NCBI GenBank assembly: GCA_020632095.1
Contig: JACKGF010000001.1
Location: 866,713-930,712, forward strand
From: Candidatus Nomurabacteria bacterium
GTDB lineage: Bacteria; Patescibacteriota; Minisyncoccia; Phycocordibacterales; UBA918
Reading direction: 5' to 3'
Length of the DNA stretch: 64,000 nt
The position numbers and the translations under genes were made by a program. Each line of letters opens with the position of its first letter. Position 1 is the first letter of the stretch. Shown here piece after piece: positions 28,693 through 38,548 of this stretch. The notes beneath the pieces were generated by a model that saw only the letters and a list, made by a program, of their open reading frames with translations, had not been told where the DNA came from and searched no databases.

Positions 28693-29661
28693 ATGCAAAA
28701 AGCAAATACTCTGGGAGTGGTAATTGGTCGTTTCCAGATTCCTGATCCGCATGAAGGGCACATTGCCTTGTTTGATTATGTAGCTTCGCGACATGAAAAA
28801 ATGCTGATTTTGGTCGGTGGAAATAATGTTAGATATAACACTGCTAATCCTTTTCCTTTCCATATCATCAAAAATGTACTGGAAAGGATGTATCCTGAAG
28901 CCATTGTGCTGTCCCAGATGGACAGTCTGGTATCAAATGAACATTGGTCAGGTACGGTGGATGAAAAGGTTATGGCCGCTAGTGGTGATGGAAAGGCGAT
29001 ACTGTATGGTTCTCGCGATAGTTTCGCTAGGCGTTACCGGGGCATATTTCCGATTGAAGAAATGCCGGAAATTCCGAACTGCTCAGCCACCAAGGTGCGC
29101 GAAGATGCGGCTTCCTACCATAGCGACCACCCCGAGTTTCGCAAAGGCTGGTTGGCGGCAATTTTGTCCCAATATCCTGTCACCGACCCAACTGTCGATA
29201 TGGCAATTATCAGGCCAGACCTCAGTCAGGTATTGATGGGAAGACGTGCCAAAAAGGCACCATTCGTCAGATTTTTCGGTGGGTTTGTTGACCCGAATGA
29301 TCAATCGTACGAAGAGGCGGCTATGCGCGAACAGTGTGAAGAAGCCCTTGGAATTGTGGTGAGCAAGCCTAAGTATATTGGCTCGCAACGAATCAACGAT
29401 CCGCGTTACGGCCGTAGCAAGTATGGCATCGTCACTACATTTTTTGCGATGGAATACAAAAAGGGTACTCCTTTTGCCGGTGATGACATGGGTGAGGTCG
29501 AATGGGTTGACCTGAATTGGACCTTGGTGTCGAAGGTGGCACCAGAGCACCGTGACCTTGTTAGAAAGTTGCTGAACTACAAAGCAGACTTGATTAAAAA
29601 GTCGAAAAAAACCAAGAAGTCAAAAGCTGAGGCTAAGCGCAAGAGTAAGCGAGAGTTTTAA
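28693..29661 (+). CDS. nadM: Bifunctional NMN/NaMN adenylyltransferase (NadM-type) fused to Nudix ADP-ribose pyrophosphatase
   Basis: N-terminal GRFQIPDPHEGH (HxGH cytidylyltransferase motif); C-terminal Nudix box GGFVDPNDQSYEEAAMREQCEEALGI. Confidence 0.8.
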   Translation: MQKANTLGVVIGRFQIPDPHEGHIALFDYVASRHEKMLILVGGNNVRYNTANPFPFHIIKNVLERMYPEAIVLSQMDSLVSNEHWSGTVDEKVMAASGDGKAILYGSRDSFARRYRGIFPIEEMPEIPNCSATKVREDAASYHSDHPEFRKGWLAAILSQYPVTDPTVDMAIIRPDLSQVLMGRRAKKAPFVRFFGGFVDPNDQSYEEAAMREQCEEALGIVVSKPKYIGSQRINDPRYGRSKYGIVTTFFAMEYKKGTPFAGDDMGEVEWVDLNWTLVSKVAPEHRDLVRKLLNYKADLIKKSKKTKKSKAEAKRKSKREF

Positions 29662-29780
29662 CTCAGTGATTCTCAATCTGTCCAAGGTAAAACATCGCCT
29701 TGGACACTACTGAGAGTTCCGGAGAGGAATTCTGTTCTTTACAATTTCATATCAACTAACCTAGACATAGGAGATCAGTC

Positions 29781-31028
29781 ATGACAGCTAAATCATTGTT
29801 GTGGGAAAAAGACGCGCCGATTATTCGTTCTCTGGTGGAAACTGATGTCTATAAGCTGAAAATGCTTTATTACATCTGGATTTACTATCCGTATCTTCGG
29901 GTTAAATGGGCGTTCACAAATCGGAAGGTTCAAATCCCGCTTGCAAAATATGTGTCAGTTGGTGCTCTTAAGGAGCAACTTCAGGCGGTGATGGAGCTGC
30001 GTTTCTCGGATGATGACATCAAGTATTTGATGAAGAGGAATGAGTTCTCGGTGAAGTTTTTGGAGGAACTGAAGAAACTTCGTCTCAGTATGCCGGTTGT
30101 TAGAGAATGCAACGGTCAGCTGGTAATCGAGGTTGAGGGAACGTGGCTTGAAACAACTCTGTGGGAAATTTACATTCTCGCAATTGTTGCTGAGCTTTAC
30201 GGGCGTGGCCGTGCTCGTGAAATGGGTATTGACGAGAAGTCTATCTATGACGCAAGCATGCAACGTTTGGAAGAAAAAATAGAGTTCCTGACGCTTCATC
30301 CTGAGCTCAAGATTAACTTGTATGGTTTGCGTCGTCGTTTGTCGGGATTGTTTGAAGATCTTATGATTCAGGCAATGACACAAAGAACCAACTGCATCAT
30401 TTCGGTTTCAAACATGTATCTAGCAAGAAAGAACAACGTTCAGTCAGACGGAACGAATGCCCACGAATTGCCAATGGCAGAATCTGCTATTGCTCGACAC
30501 ATTAGTCCTGAAGCTGTGAGGCAGTCTCCTTATGAAGTGCTTCGGAAATGGGAAAAGCTTTATGGTTATTCATCGCTTAAGATGCTCTCTGATACATATG
30601 GAACTGAGGCTTTCTTGTCTCAACTGCCACAAGAAATTGCGGTGCGTTGGGCTGGACATCGTCAGGATTCAGGTGACCCGTTTGTTATCGGAGAAATGAT
30701 TATCGCTGATTATATCCGTCGAGGAATTGATCCGTCGGACAAGATTATCATTTTTGCTGACGGTCTTGACTGTCAGTTGATGTTGCGTCTTTATGATCGA
30801 TTTGCTAGCCGAATTAACGTTGGTTTTGGGGTTGGTACAAATTTCTCTAATGACCATGGTTTCTTCGAAGCTCTTTCAATCGTAGTTAAGTTGATCGAAG
30901 CAGCCGGTAATCCGACAGTTAAGCTGTCCGATAATCTAGCTAAAGGAATGGGTCCTGAAGCAGAACAACAGGTCATTAAAAGTATTTTTGGTTACAATGG
31001 TGATTTTTACCAAGCAACCAGGTATTGA
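29781..31028 (+). CDS. pncB: Nicotinate phosphoribosyltransferase
   Basis: SLVETDVYKLKM, GTNAHE, HRQDSGDP and VKLSDN align with PncB signature blocks. Confidence 0.85.
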   Translation: MTAKSLLWEKDAPIIRSLVETDVYKLKMLYYIWIYYPYLRVKWAFTNRKVQIPLAKYVSVGALKEQLQAVMELRFSDDDIKYLMKRNEFSVKFLEELKKLRLSMPVVRECNGQLVIEVEGTWLETTLWEIYILAIVAELYGRGRAREMGIDEKSIYDASMQRLEEKIEFLTLHPELKINLYGLRRRLSGLFEDLMIQAMTQRTNCIISVSNMYLARKNNVQSDGTNAHELPMAESAIARHISPEAVRQSPYEVLRKWEKLYGYSSLKMLSDTYGTEAFLSQLPQEIAVRWAGHRQDSGDPFVIGEMIIADYIRRGIDPSDKIIIFADGLDCQLMLRLYDRFASRINVGFGVGTNFSNDHGFFEALSIVVKLIEAAGNPTVKLSDNLAKGMGPEAEQQVIKSIFGYNGDFYQATRY

Positions 31029-31093
31029 TGACTTTGTCCGGCAGCGCAGCTGCCGGGCATTTCTTTAATCTCTTAAAAAATTTGGAGGTTCTC

Positions 31094-33031
31094 ATGAGTA
31101 ACAGTGTGAAAAGGAAGCGGAAAAATGGAGCTTCAAAAATCGACGGACTGATGGTGGCGATGGTGCAGATGGTCATTGTGAATGACCCGATGCAAAACGC
31201 TATCAACTACATTGCAGAAGTCAGAAAGGCCGTGGCTGACGGAGCTGATGTTGTAATCGGCTCCGAGATGATGTTGTGTCAGTATTTCTCGAGCGACCGT
31301 TACGAGGATGTGTCTTTCGTTAACGACGTTCAGCAAGCGATACAACACATCATTAGTGAGTCTGCCTATATCGACGCAGTGCTCGTCTTCGGTGGTATCG
31401 GAGTCGATGCGGCTGGTATGGTTAATGAAGACGGTCGGCGCCGCAAGTACAACGCAGCGTTTGTGGTGCAACACGGTAAGCTGGTCAGTAACGATGCTGG
31501 ACTAGCGTTTGCCATCAAGACGTTGTTGGTCGACTATCGTGTTTATAGCGACTCTCGTTACTTCTACGATTTGAACATGTTGGCGTACGAGATGGGTTGT
31601 GCAGTCGAGGATTTGCTTAAACCCTTCACGGTTAAAATCTGTGGTGTGGAATACAAGCTGGGTGTCATGCTCTGCGAAGACATGTGGGACATTGATTACG
31701 CTATCAAGCCGTCCCTCATTCTCAAAGAAAACGGCGCCGAAATTCTCATCAATCTCTCGGCTTCTAATTGGAGTTGGCGTAAAGATGTGAAGCGTGACCG
31801 GGTTATCGCAGATATTTGTCGCAAGACTGGTCTGTGGTTTGTGTACGTTAACAACGTCGGCTGTCAAAACACCGGTCATAATTTCTTAAGTTTTGATGGT
31901 TCATCAACGGTCTATAGTAGCGGTGGTAACATTGTTGCTTTGACCGAACCCTACAAAGCTGTAACGAAGGTGGTTGAGTTGGGTGGCGAATTTGTTTTTT
32001 CGTTTACTCGACCTCAACTTCCCGACGAAGCCGAGCTTTATAATGCGATTGTTCAAGCGACTAAAGGCTTCCTGGAAACAGTGCCTGACTTCGCCAAGCA
32101 GAAAGTCGTGATTGGTAATAGTGGTGGTATCGATTCCGCTTTGTCGATTGCGTTTTTTGCTAAGTTACTGGGTCCAGAAAATGTTATAGCGGTGAATATG
32201 CCGTATAGCAACTTCAATGCCGACGAAACGAAGAGCGATGCAGCTGAGTTGTGTCGGCGGCTGGGGGTGAAGGATTATCGTATAGTTCCGATTGATAAAA
32301 TCGTGGACACGACCTGTGCCCTGACTGGTATCAAAGTTGGCACGAGTCAGCACAAGACAGCTCAAGCCGTGGCACGGATGAACGTACTGTCAGCTATCGC
32401 TTCGCAAGAAAATGGTTTCTTTACCTGCAATGCGAACATGTCAGAAATCGCTTTTGGTTACGGAACGCTGAACGGTGACATGCGTGGCACCTTTGCTCCG
32501 TGGTCCAGTTGTCTGAAGCAAGACGTCTACCGCTTGGCTGATTATCTCAACCGTGAAGTTTACGGTAGGGAAGTAATACCGCAGTCAATCTTCAAGCGTC
32601 CGCCAATGGATGAACTGACGATGGCAGGTACCGGTGAGCGCGGCGATCCATTTTTCTTTGGTGACGTTAAGCAAAACGGCTACCACGATCAAATGGTGCG
32701 AGCAATTGTTGTTTTCCGACATGGTCCAGAATGGTTCCTTGAGCAATACATGGCGGGTACTTTGGAGCGCGAGCTGCAACTGCCGGTAGGGACGATTAAT
32801 TCTTTGTTCAAGGACGGTAAGGTTTGGTTGGATGACTTGGAGCGGTGTTTTGGTCTTTATCAAGACGCAGTCTTCAAACGTCAGCAGCTAGTGCCAGGTC
32901 CGTTGGTTGATAGGCGTGCTTTTGGTTCTGATCTTCGAGAGAGCATTCTCAAGATGCTCTGGACCATGGCTTACAAGCATATGAAGATGATGTTTGGTAT
33001 TAAAAAATATCCGTCTTACCAAGCGGTTTAG
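31094..33031 (+). CDS. nadE: Glutamine-dependent NAD+ synthetase (nitrilase domain + NadE domain)
   Basis: N-terminal CN-hydrolase domain and C-terminal SGGIDSA PP-loop. The start is placed at the ATG with a TGGAGG RBS (31094) rather than the ORF-track 31025. Confidence 0.85.
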   Translation: MSNSVKRKRKNGASKIDGLMVAMVQMVIVNDPMQNAINYIAEVRKAVADGADVVIGSEMMLCQYFSSDRYEDVSFVNDVQQAIQHIISESAYIDAVLVFGGIGVDAAGMVNEDGRRRKYNAAFVVQHGKLVSNDAGLAFAIKTLLVDYRVYSDSRYFYDLNMLAYEMGCAVEDLLKPFTVKICGVEYKLGVMLCEDMWDIDYAIKPSLILKENGAEILINLSASNWSWRKDVKRDRVIADICRKTGLWFVYVNNVGCQNTGHNFLSFDGSSTVYSSGGNIVALTEPYKAVTKVVELGGEFVFSFTRPQLPDEAELYNAIVQATKGFLETVPDFAKQKVVIGNSGGIDSALSIAFFAKLLGPENVIAVNMPYSNFNADETKSDAAELCRRLGVKDYRIVPIDKIVDTTCALTGIKVGTSQHKTAQAVARMNVLSAIASQENGFFTCNANMSEIAFGYGTLNGDMRGTFAPWSSCLKQDVYRLADYLNREVYGREVIPQSIFKRPPMDELTMAGTGERGDPFFFGDVKQNGYHDQMVRAIVVFRHGPEWFLEQYMAGTLERELQLPVGTINSLFKDGKVWLDDLERCFGLYQDAVFKRQQLVPGPLVDRRAFGSDLRESILKMLWTMAYKHMKMMFGIKKYPSYQAV

Positions 33032-33070
33032 TTCTTAAAGTAGTACATTTAGACAGAGAGGTAATAAAAC

Positions 33071-33099
33071 AGGCGAGTCCCACAGGACTCGCCTTTTTC
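33071..33099. terminator. Bidirectional terminator (nadE / ADP-ribosylglycohydrolase)
   Basis: GGCGAGTCC-cacag-GGACTCGCC followed by TTTTT, with an A-run before. Confidence 0.6.
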
Positions 33100-33108
33100 A
33101 ATATTTAC

Positions 33109-34104
33109 TTATTTACCCATCCTCTTTTTGAGAATTTGTTCGGCGTAAATACACATCTTGTTGTGACCGAGAATTGTCCGACGCCATTCTTCCGGGATAC
33201 CACCGTAACCAAAGTGTGCACCCAGTAGACCTCCAGCAATCGCGGCGTAGGTATCAGTGTCGCCACCAACCCTGACTGCAATTTCAATTCCATCGCGGAA
33301 TGATGTCGCGTGCTTAAGTGCATAAAGCGCAACAAACAATGAAAACTCTGCCAAACCGCGGCCAGGAAATGCTCCAGGGTCGTAAGGAATCAAGTAATCA
33401 TCACTGACAGAAGCAGTTACTCGGCGATAAAATAGTTCATATCGAGGGTCGCTGTAGACCAGAATAGAATTGAAAATTGCTTCCGCTGGTGAATATCCGG
33501 CTAGGAGTTTGAGTAGCACAGCGGTATACATCCAGCAGGCTTGTAAAGCATGAGGGTGAGCGTGAGTCACTTTGGACATTCTAAACACCATGCTGCGCAT
33601 TGATGTTTCGTCTGTCCAGCCAAGTTGTGGTGGACCAAACCAAAGTGCCATCGGTGAACAGCGCATTAAGCTACCGTTGGTACCCATTGAATTGCTGAGA
33701 GCTTTGGCTACCAGCTTGGGGTTGTCACTCAAAGCATCGCGAGTAGTTTGACCAGAACCGGTCGACAAACCCTCCCACAAAAGACTCTTACGGTCGATGA
33801 CGTTGTGGCGTAGTAGGGTGTGCAAGTCTTCAATACATAGCCCGTTGTTGCGAAGCAGACTGAAGGCTAAGACCGCGGTTTGTTCAGAATCATCCGTCGG
33901 TCTCCCAGCTGGTAAATCCACCCCGTTGCCATCATTGGGCCACGGATTTTTGTAGTCAAAAAAAACAAGTCCACCGCGTGCTTCAATATCTCTGGCGATT
34001 TCTCTCGGACGCATCGTTTCGTATGGTGCGCCGATAGAGTCCCCAGCATGTACTCCAACTAATGTGCCAAGGTATTTACGCAATAATTCTTGAAATGTTT
34101 GCAC
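33109..34104 (-). CDS. ADP-ribosylglycohydrolase family protein (DraG-like)
   Basis: GDSIGAPYE and DDSEQT motifs of the ADP-ribosyl-hydrolase fold. Confidence 0.75.
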   Translation of the reverse strand: MQTFQELLRKYLGTLVGVHAGDSIGAPYETMRPREIARDIEARGGLVFFDYKNPWPNDGNGVDLPAGRPTDDSEQTAVLAFSLLRNNGLCIEDLHTLLRHNVIDRKSLLWEGLSTGSGQTTRDALSDNPKLVAKALSNSMGTNGSLMRCSPMALWFGPPQLGWTDETSMRSMVFRMSKVTHAHPHALQACWMYTAVLLKLLAGYSPAEAIFNSILVYSDPRYELFYRRVTASVSDDYLIPYDPGAFPGRGLAEFSLFVALYALKHATSFRDGIEIAVRVGGDTDTYAAIAGGLLGAHFGYGGIPEEWRRTILGHNKMCIYAEQILKKRMGK

Positions 34105-34274
34105 GTCATTTCTCCTCCTAGGTTGAGATAAACTTATCTAAAATCAAGTTAGCATTATTGGTGAGGGTGTCAATACTTGTGAAGATGAGTTCAACAATTA
34201 ATTGCAACACCTGATTAGCAGTCTAAGCTATACAGGTATGCAAAAAAGGAAACAAGTAACCCCGGAAAAAAGCT

Positions 34275-34303
34275 TGACAAAAGTCAATCGATGTGATATT
34301 TTG
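34275..34303 (+). promoter_or_regulatory. Sigma70-like promoter with TTGAC-aaaa-GTCAA palindrome over the -35
   Basis: TTGACA, a 16-nt spacer, then TATTTT; located 58 bp upstream of the ATG at 34361. Confidence 0.35.
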
Positions 34304-34360
34304 TGCAAGCTTCGTGTGAAGTAGCGTTCTTAATTCAAAATCCCTTTTAAGGAAACCACT

Positions 34361-34855
34361 ATGTCCAAAAACGACAGTCAAAAAACCACCGACCAAACCA
34401 ACTCCAAAGATCAGGTCTTCCTCGGTGGAAGCTGTGACCCGACTACCTGGCGCCAGGACATCGCAATGCCGATGTTCGACAATGCAGGTGTGGCCTACTA
34501 CAACCCTCAGGTTGCAGATTGGCATTCCGGCCTCATGGCCCTCGAAGCGGCAGCGAAGGAGGAAAGTAATATTCTCCTGTTTGTCATCGACGGCCAGACC
34601 CGGGCCATTGCCAGTATTCTGGAGTCCGTTGAGTACACGATGGCGGGTCGGAAAGTCGTCCTGGTTATCAACCAGGTCCCCGACGGTACCGTCATCGCCG
34701 GTCAGGTCGTTACGGGGCGTGAACTCAAAGACCTGAATCGTGCTCGGGAGTATCTGGGCGAACTCGCTGATCGTCACGACAATGTGACGGTTTACGAAGA
34801 TGTTGCTTCGGCTGTTCAAGCCATCTTGGATGACCGTCAGAAGCTCGCCGCCTAA
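34361..34855 (+). CDS. Nucleoside 2-deoxyribosyltransferase-like (DrHyd/NDT fold) protein; candidate N-glycoside hydrolase
   Basis: VFLGGSCD…W near the N-terminus and …ILESVEYTMAGRKVVLVI… resemble the NDT YFAGP and catalytic-Glu blocks. The DNA is GC-rich. Confidence 0.5.
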   Translation: MSKNDSQKTTDQTNSKDQVFLGGSCDPTTWRQDIAMPMFDNAGVAYYNPQVADWHSGLMALEAAAKEESNILLFVIDGQTRAIASILESVEYTMAGRKVVLVINQVPDGTVIAGQVVTGRELKDLNRAREYLGELADRHDNVTVYEDVASAVQAILDDRQKLAA

Positions 34856-34960
34856 CGGCCAACCCCTACCTCTAGCCAGGTAGACACCGTCCTCACATTT
34901 CTTCGGATTTGTGTGGGCGGTTTTTTCATATTAAATTTTAGTTGTTGATGTTTAATTATA

Positions 34961-34990
34961 AAAAAGCCCGCAAGCGTAGCTTGCGGGCGG
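34961..34990 (-). terminator. Terminator of the minus-strand pncA-vWA-PP2C-kinase operon
   Basis: On the minus strand, GCCCGCAAGC-tac-GCTTGCGGGC is followed by TTTTTT. Confidence 0.55.
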
Positions 34991-35010
34991 GGTTGGTTAA
35001 AGAGCAATAC

Positions 35011-36741
35011 TTATTGCATGCGGAGTGACCATAGTGCCCCGTCTTTCAGATAGGTAACTTGGTTTCCGATGCGCGTCAGTCGCATGTCAGTGGCGAGGTC
35101 TTTGTCGCTGACTATCTTCTGTTCCCCTCGTGAAGGAACAGTGATAACCAATTCACCGTCTTGAGCAATACTGGCTGTGACTCCCTTTGGTAGGGCGGAG
35201 AGGTTTTGCTCTGGTCCATCAAAGATACGTACACTACAGTCGTATTTTCTCCAGTCGGAATCGAACGAAAAGCTTTTGGCTTCGTATTCGCCTTTGGGGT
35301 TGATGGTGATTACCTCAACAAAACGGTTGCCGGCGATAGCGTTGATGGCTTTAATTCCATCAAGCTCCGGTGTGCGTACCATTGCCACGGCGTCGTCACC
35401 GTAGGGGGCAATTAGGTGCATTGCGCCCATGATGTCGCTGACACCAACACCTTGGAACCACTTGGTGGACTTACCAAGTATTTGCCACCGCTTACCGATA
35501 GTGAGAACCGGCTTGCTGAACTGATGAAGTGACATCTCAACCAGCTCAGTGTCATTGGCAACAAACAAACGCTCATTGCTTCTAACTACCGAGTTTATTT
35601 CCAGTGGGACAGACAGCTTAGTTTCAAGACCTTTTTGATCAATGTTCCGCCAATGCCAATCACCACCTATTTCCTCAACTACCAGCCAGCCGGAATTGTG
35701 GCTAGTTACAGCCACCCGACTCCCGCTAACTTGGCCGATTTCACGCTTGGTGGACAGATTGATTAGAGAGCCTGAGTTCATGCGCATGATTCCGCAGGGC
35801 CAGACCGACTTCACTTCATCTCCCAGTAGTTCAAACAATTTCTCGTAGATCAAACCACCAGTGGCAGTTGTAACTGTACGCAAGATGCGTCCAACAGCCG
35901 TCCGCGCTTGTCCGACTTGCAGTGGTGAAGGAGGGATACTCCGTTCGCCATCAGTGAACACAGCTTTGTACCAGTCGAGCAATGGACCAGGAATGGTTCT
36001 GAAGTCACGCACTGCTTTGTTTAGCTTAACTTCAGGTAGAAAGACGGAAGCGTTGTTTTTCATCCGCCTTTCCATCTCACCCGGTTTGTAGCCGTCGAGT
36101 TTGCCACGATACGGATGGATACCCGTATAGAGCAAAAACGTGACCACTCCCCAAGCGAACCAATCCGAAGCTTCATTGATGACACTATGCCAGTCGCGGA
36201 TAGAAGGCATTATGACCGAAGCTTTGAAGCGTTCAATCTGCCATGAGTCGACGTCGATGACGTAGGGTACTGGGTCGCTTGCGTTACTTACATCAGCTAT
36301 CCAGTTGAGTTCGTTGGCGTCTACCATCAAGGCTTTTTGGTCGTGGGCGTAAGCTACGACTTCGTGCATCTTGGCGGTCAAGCAGATGGTCGATTGCAGG
36401 TTGAAATTGTTTTGGGTCCGCCAATCGTTGGTAAAAATTCTAGGATAGGCTTCACCCGACACAAACGGCATATAGTAACCAATTGGTTTGCCGCCTGTGT
36501 CACTAACAATTCCTTGTGGTGCCACGATGGACGAGTGCTTCAAACTAGTGGCCAACAAGCGAACTTTTTTGACCATGTCATCTTGTTGCATTTTTTGTGC
36601 GTCAAGATAGAGCTTGATGATGTATTGACCATTGCGATAAATGGCCCCTTCACCCCCTTGCGTGATGTAGTCTGTGGGTCTGAGAGTCAGAGCACCATGA
36701 TCATCGAGAGTAACTTTGGTTGCGCGTGTGATCAGAGACAT
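35011..36741 (-). CDS. Atypical Ser/Thr protein kinase-like protein (YegI-like) with a C-terminal ~290-aa uncharacterised domain
   Basis: Gly-rich loop QGGEGAIY plus IIKLY lysine; HDQKALMVDANELN catalytic-loop-like; IDVDSW (DFG-like); WGVVTFLLYTGIHPY substrate-lobe motif. Confidence 0.55.
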   Translation of the reverse strand: MSLITRATKVTLDDHGALTLRPTDYITQGGEGAIYRNGQYIIKLYLDAQKMQQDDMVKKVRLLATSLKHSSIVAPQGIVSDTGGKPIGYYMPFVSGEAYPRIFTNDWRTQNNFNLQSTICLTAKMHEVVAYAHDQKALMVDANELNWIADVSNASDPVPYVIDVDSWQIERFKASVIMPSIRDWHSVINEASDWFAWGVVTFLLYTGIHPYRGKLDGYKPGEMERRMKNNASVFLPEVKLNKAVRDFRTIPGPLLDWYKAVFTDGERSIPPSPLQVGQARTAVGRILRTVTTATGGLIYEKLFELLGDEVKSVWPCGIMRMNSGSLINLSTKREIGQVSGSRVAVTSHNSGWLVVEEIGGDWHWRNIDQKGLETKLSVPLEINSVVRSNERLFVANDTELVEMSLHQFSKPVLTIGKRWQILGKSTKWFQGVGVSDIMGAMHLIAPYGDDAVAMVRTPELDGIKAINAIAGNRFVEVITINPKGEYEAKSFSFDSDWRKYDCSVRIFDGPEQNLSALPKGVTASIAQDGELVITVPSRGEQKIVSDKDLATDMRLTRIGNQVTYLKDGALWSLRMQ

Positions 36742-36762
36742 TTGGTTCTCCTTCTACTTTGT

Positions 36763-37629
36763 TTAGTTGCGATGAATGACGGCACAAGATATATCGTCAA
36801 GTGGACCGCGTCCGACTTTGCTGTTTTCGGTTAGGAACCGATTCATGCGTCGGACAGCAAATTGGCCGTTGATACTTTTGTAGGCCAAGAGTTGGCGCAC
36901 TACGTCGACACATTGCATGCCGTCAACTTGTTCCACTCCGTCGGAGAAAAGTGCCACCGAAATCAGTCGACCGTTCTTTGTTTCAAGGTCTGGGTCAGTT
37001 GGGTTACAAATCCAACCCTTCATACCAACTTCCACGGTATATCCGATTGCGGTTTGTTTGGTTTCTTTCTCACCTTCATTCGACGATATGGTTTGAGTAC
37101 TAATCGTGAATGGCAATTCAACGCTCTTGTGCGCTGACTTGAATGAATCCTCCAAGTTACCTTGCCGATAGGCGGGGTAGTAAGGAGTGTTCATGTTCCA
37201 ATCAAATTGGTGAATCACCAGACAGTTTTCATACTGTATAGCCACCACCCCGTCGCCGATTACATTGATGAATATTGATTCATCTTGGTTGATGGCATAG
37301 AGGCAAGTTGCGAGCAGGTCGGGATGAGTCAGTCCGAGTTGCACCCGGTACAATTCCAGATAGTTGTTTCTAAGTTGATTGACTTGGGTGATGAATGCTT
37401 CGTCAACCAACGAATCACTAGTGGATAGTTCCTCCAAGGCTCGTTTGGTCGCCAAGACAATCAGTCGTGACCCAATGTCGGTCATTCCACCGCTGGAGCA
37501 ACCATCGCTGACGATGGTGTAGTTTGTGTAGTTGTTGAGAGTGCCACTCAAGGTGTAGTCTTGATTTGGTTTACCATTACTTCTGTGTTGGAAGCCAATG
37601 TGAAAGGCGTGGTCTGTGACAAAAGTCAT
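36763..37629 (-). CDS. PP2C-family Ser/Thr protein phosphatase
   Basis: …RSNGKPNQDY… and …VSDGCSSGGMTD… match PP2C motifs (RxxxxNQD, DGxGG). Confidence 0.7.
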   Translation of the reverse strand: MTFVTDHAFHIGFQHRSNGKPNQDYTLSGTLNNYTNYTIVSDGCSSGGMTDIGSRLIVLATKRALEELSTSDSLVDEAFITQVNQLRNNYLELYRVQLGLTHPDLLATCLYAINQDESIFINVIGDGVVAIQYENCLVIHQFDWNMNTPYYPAYRQGNLEDSFKSAHKSVELPFTISTQTISSNEGEKETKQTAIGYTVEVGMKGWICNPTDPDLETKNGRLISVALFSDGVEQVDGMQCVDVVRQLLAYKSINGQFAVRRMNRFLTENSKVGRGPLDDISCAVIHRN

Positions 37630-37699
37630 GTTGTTCTCCTTTGAGAAAAGAAAAAGGGAGGCGCTGGTTGGCGCCTCCCAAGAGTTTCAAAAGAACAGA

Positions 37700-38542
37700 T
37701 TAGATGGTAGCCGAGATTTTTTGACTCGGACCACCAGTTCCCAAGGCTTGGGAGGTGGATGAGATTGATTGAGAGACAAACTCGGCCAATTTGGCCAACT
37801 TGTCTTTGGTCGCTTCACCAGCCCAGATGAACTGGTTTATGCCAGCGTCCTGTTGGAAGTTAGCCAGGTCATTTTTGGCGCCACCGTATCCGGTATCGAT
37901 ACCGACCAGGATTGAGACGTGTGACTCCATGATTTCACCGGTGATTGACCTCGCCAGCTCGTCCTTGACCATTTGGACTCCGGCTCCTTGCGAAGCATTT
38001 TCGCCGCCGTCGGTAATGATGAAACTGATACCGTTGACGGCAAAGTCGAGGTCATAGAGCTGTTTGGCGTAGGTGTTCATGGCGCCCACGGCTGAGAAGA
38101 TTGCATCGTAGAGTGGGGTTGCACCACCACCGCGCAGAGTCGGATAGCTATTGATGTCGATTTCCGAAAGTGACTTGAAGCCGTGGATTTCGTCGACACC
38201 GTTGCCATTTTGTCGCGAGTACTGTGACCCGAAACGAATCACGCGAATGAGCAGGTTGTTGGCGTAAGGAGATTTGAAGCAGGCTTCGACTGAAGCGCGC
38301 AGCATATCCCCGATTTGCTTTTCAAAGCCGCCGATTGAACCAGTCTCGTCGAGCGCGATGGTGACCAGCGTATAGCCGGCTCCGGCCGCGTCTTCTTCGT
38401 TGATGATGGCACCAGAGAAATTGAAACCGCTACCGATTTCGAATTCTTCCATTGCGTCTTGACCGGCGATTTTTTGGCTGTTTGCCATGATGTTTCTCCT
38501 AAATTTGGGTTGGTTGTGGGTGCAGGCGAAGCCTGCACCCAT
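37700..38542 (-). CDS. von Willebrand factor A (vWA) domain protein, TerY-like
   Basis: MIDAS elements IALDETGSI (DxSxS), TPLYDAI and IITDGGEN. Confidence 0.7.
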   Translation of the reverse strand: MGAGFACTHNQPKFRRNIMANSQKIAGQDAMEEFEIGSGFNFSGAIINEEDAAGAGYTLVTIALDETGSIGGFEKQIGDMLRASVEACFKSPYANNLLIRVIRFGSQYSRQNGNGVDEIHGFKSLSEIDINSYPTLRGGGATPLYDAIFSAVGAMNTYAKQLYDLDFAVNGISFIITDGGENASQGAGVQMVKDELARSITGEIMESHVSILVGIDTGYGGAKNDLANFQQDAGINQFIWAGEATKDKLAKLAEFVSQSISSTSQALGTGGPSQKISATI

Positions 38543-38548
38543 GGATAC

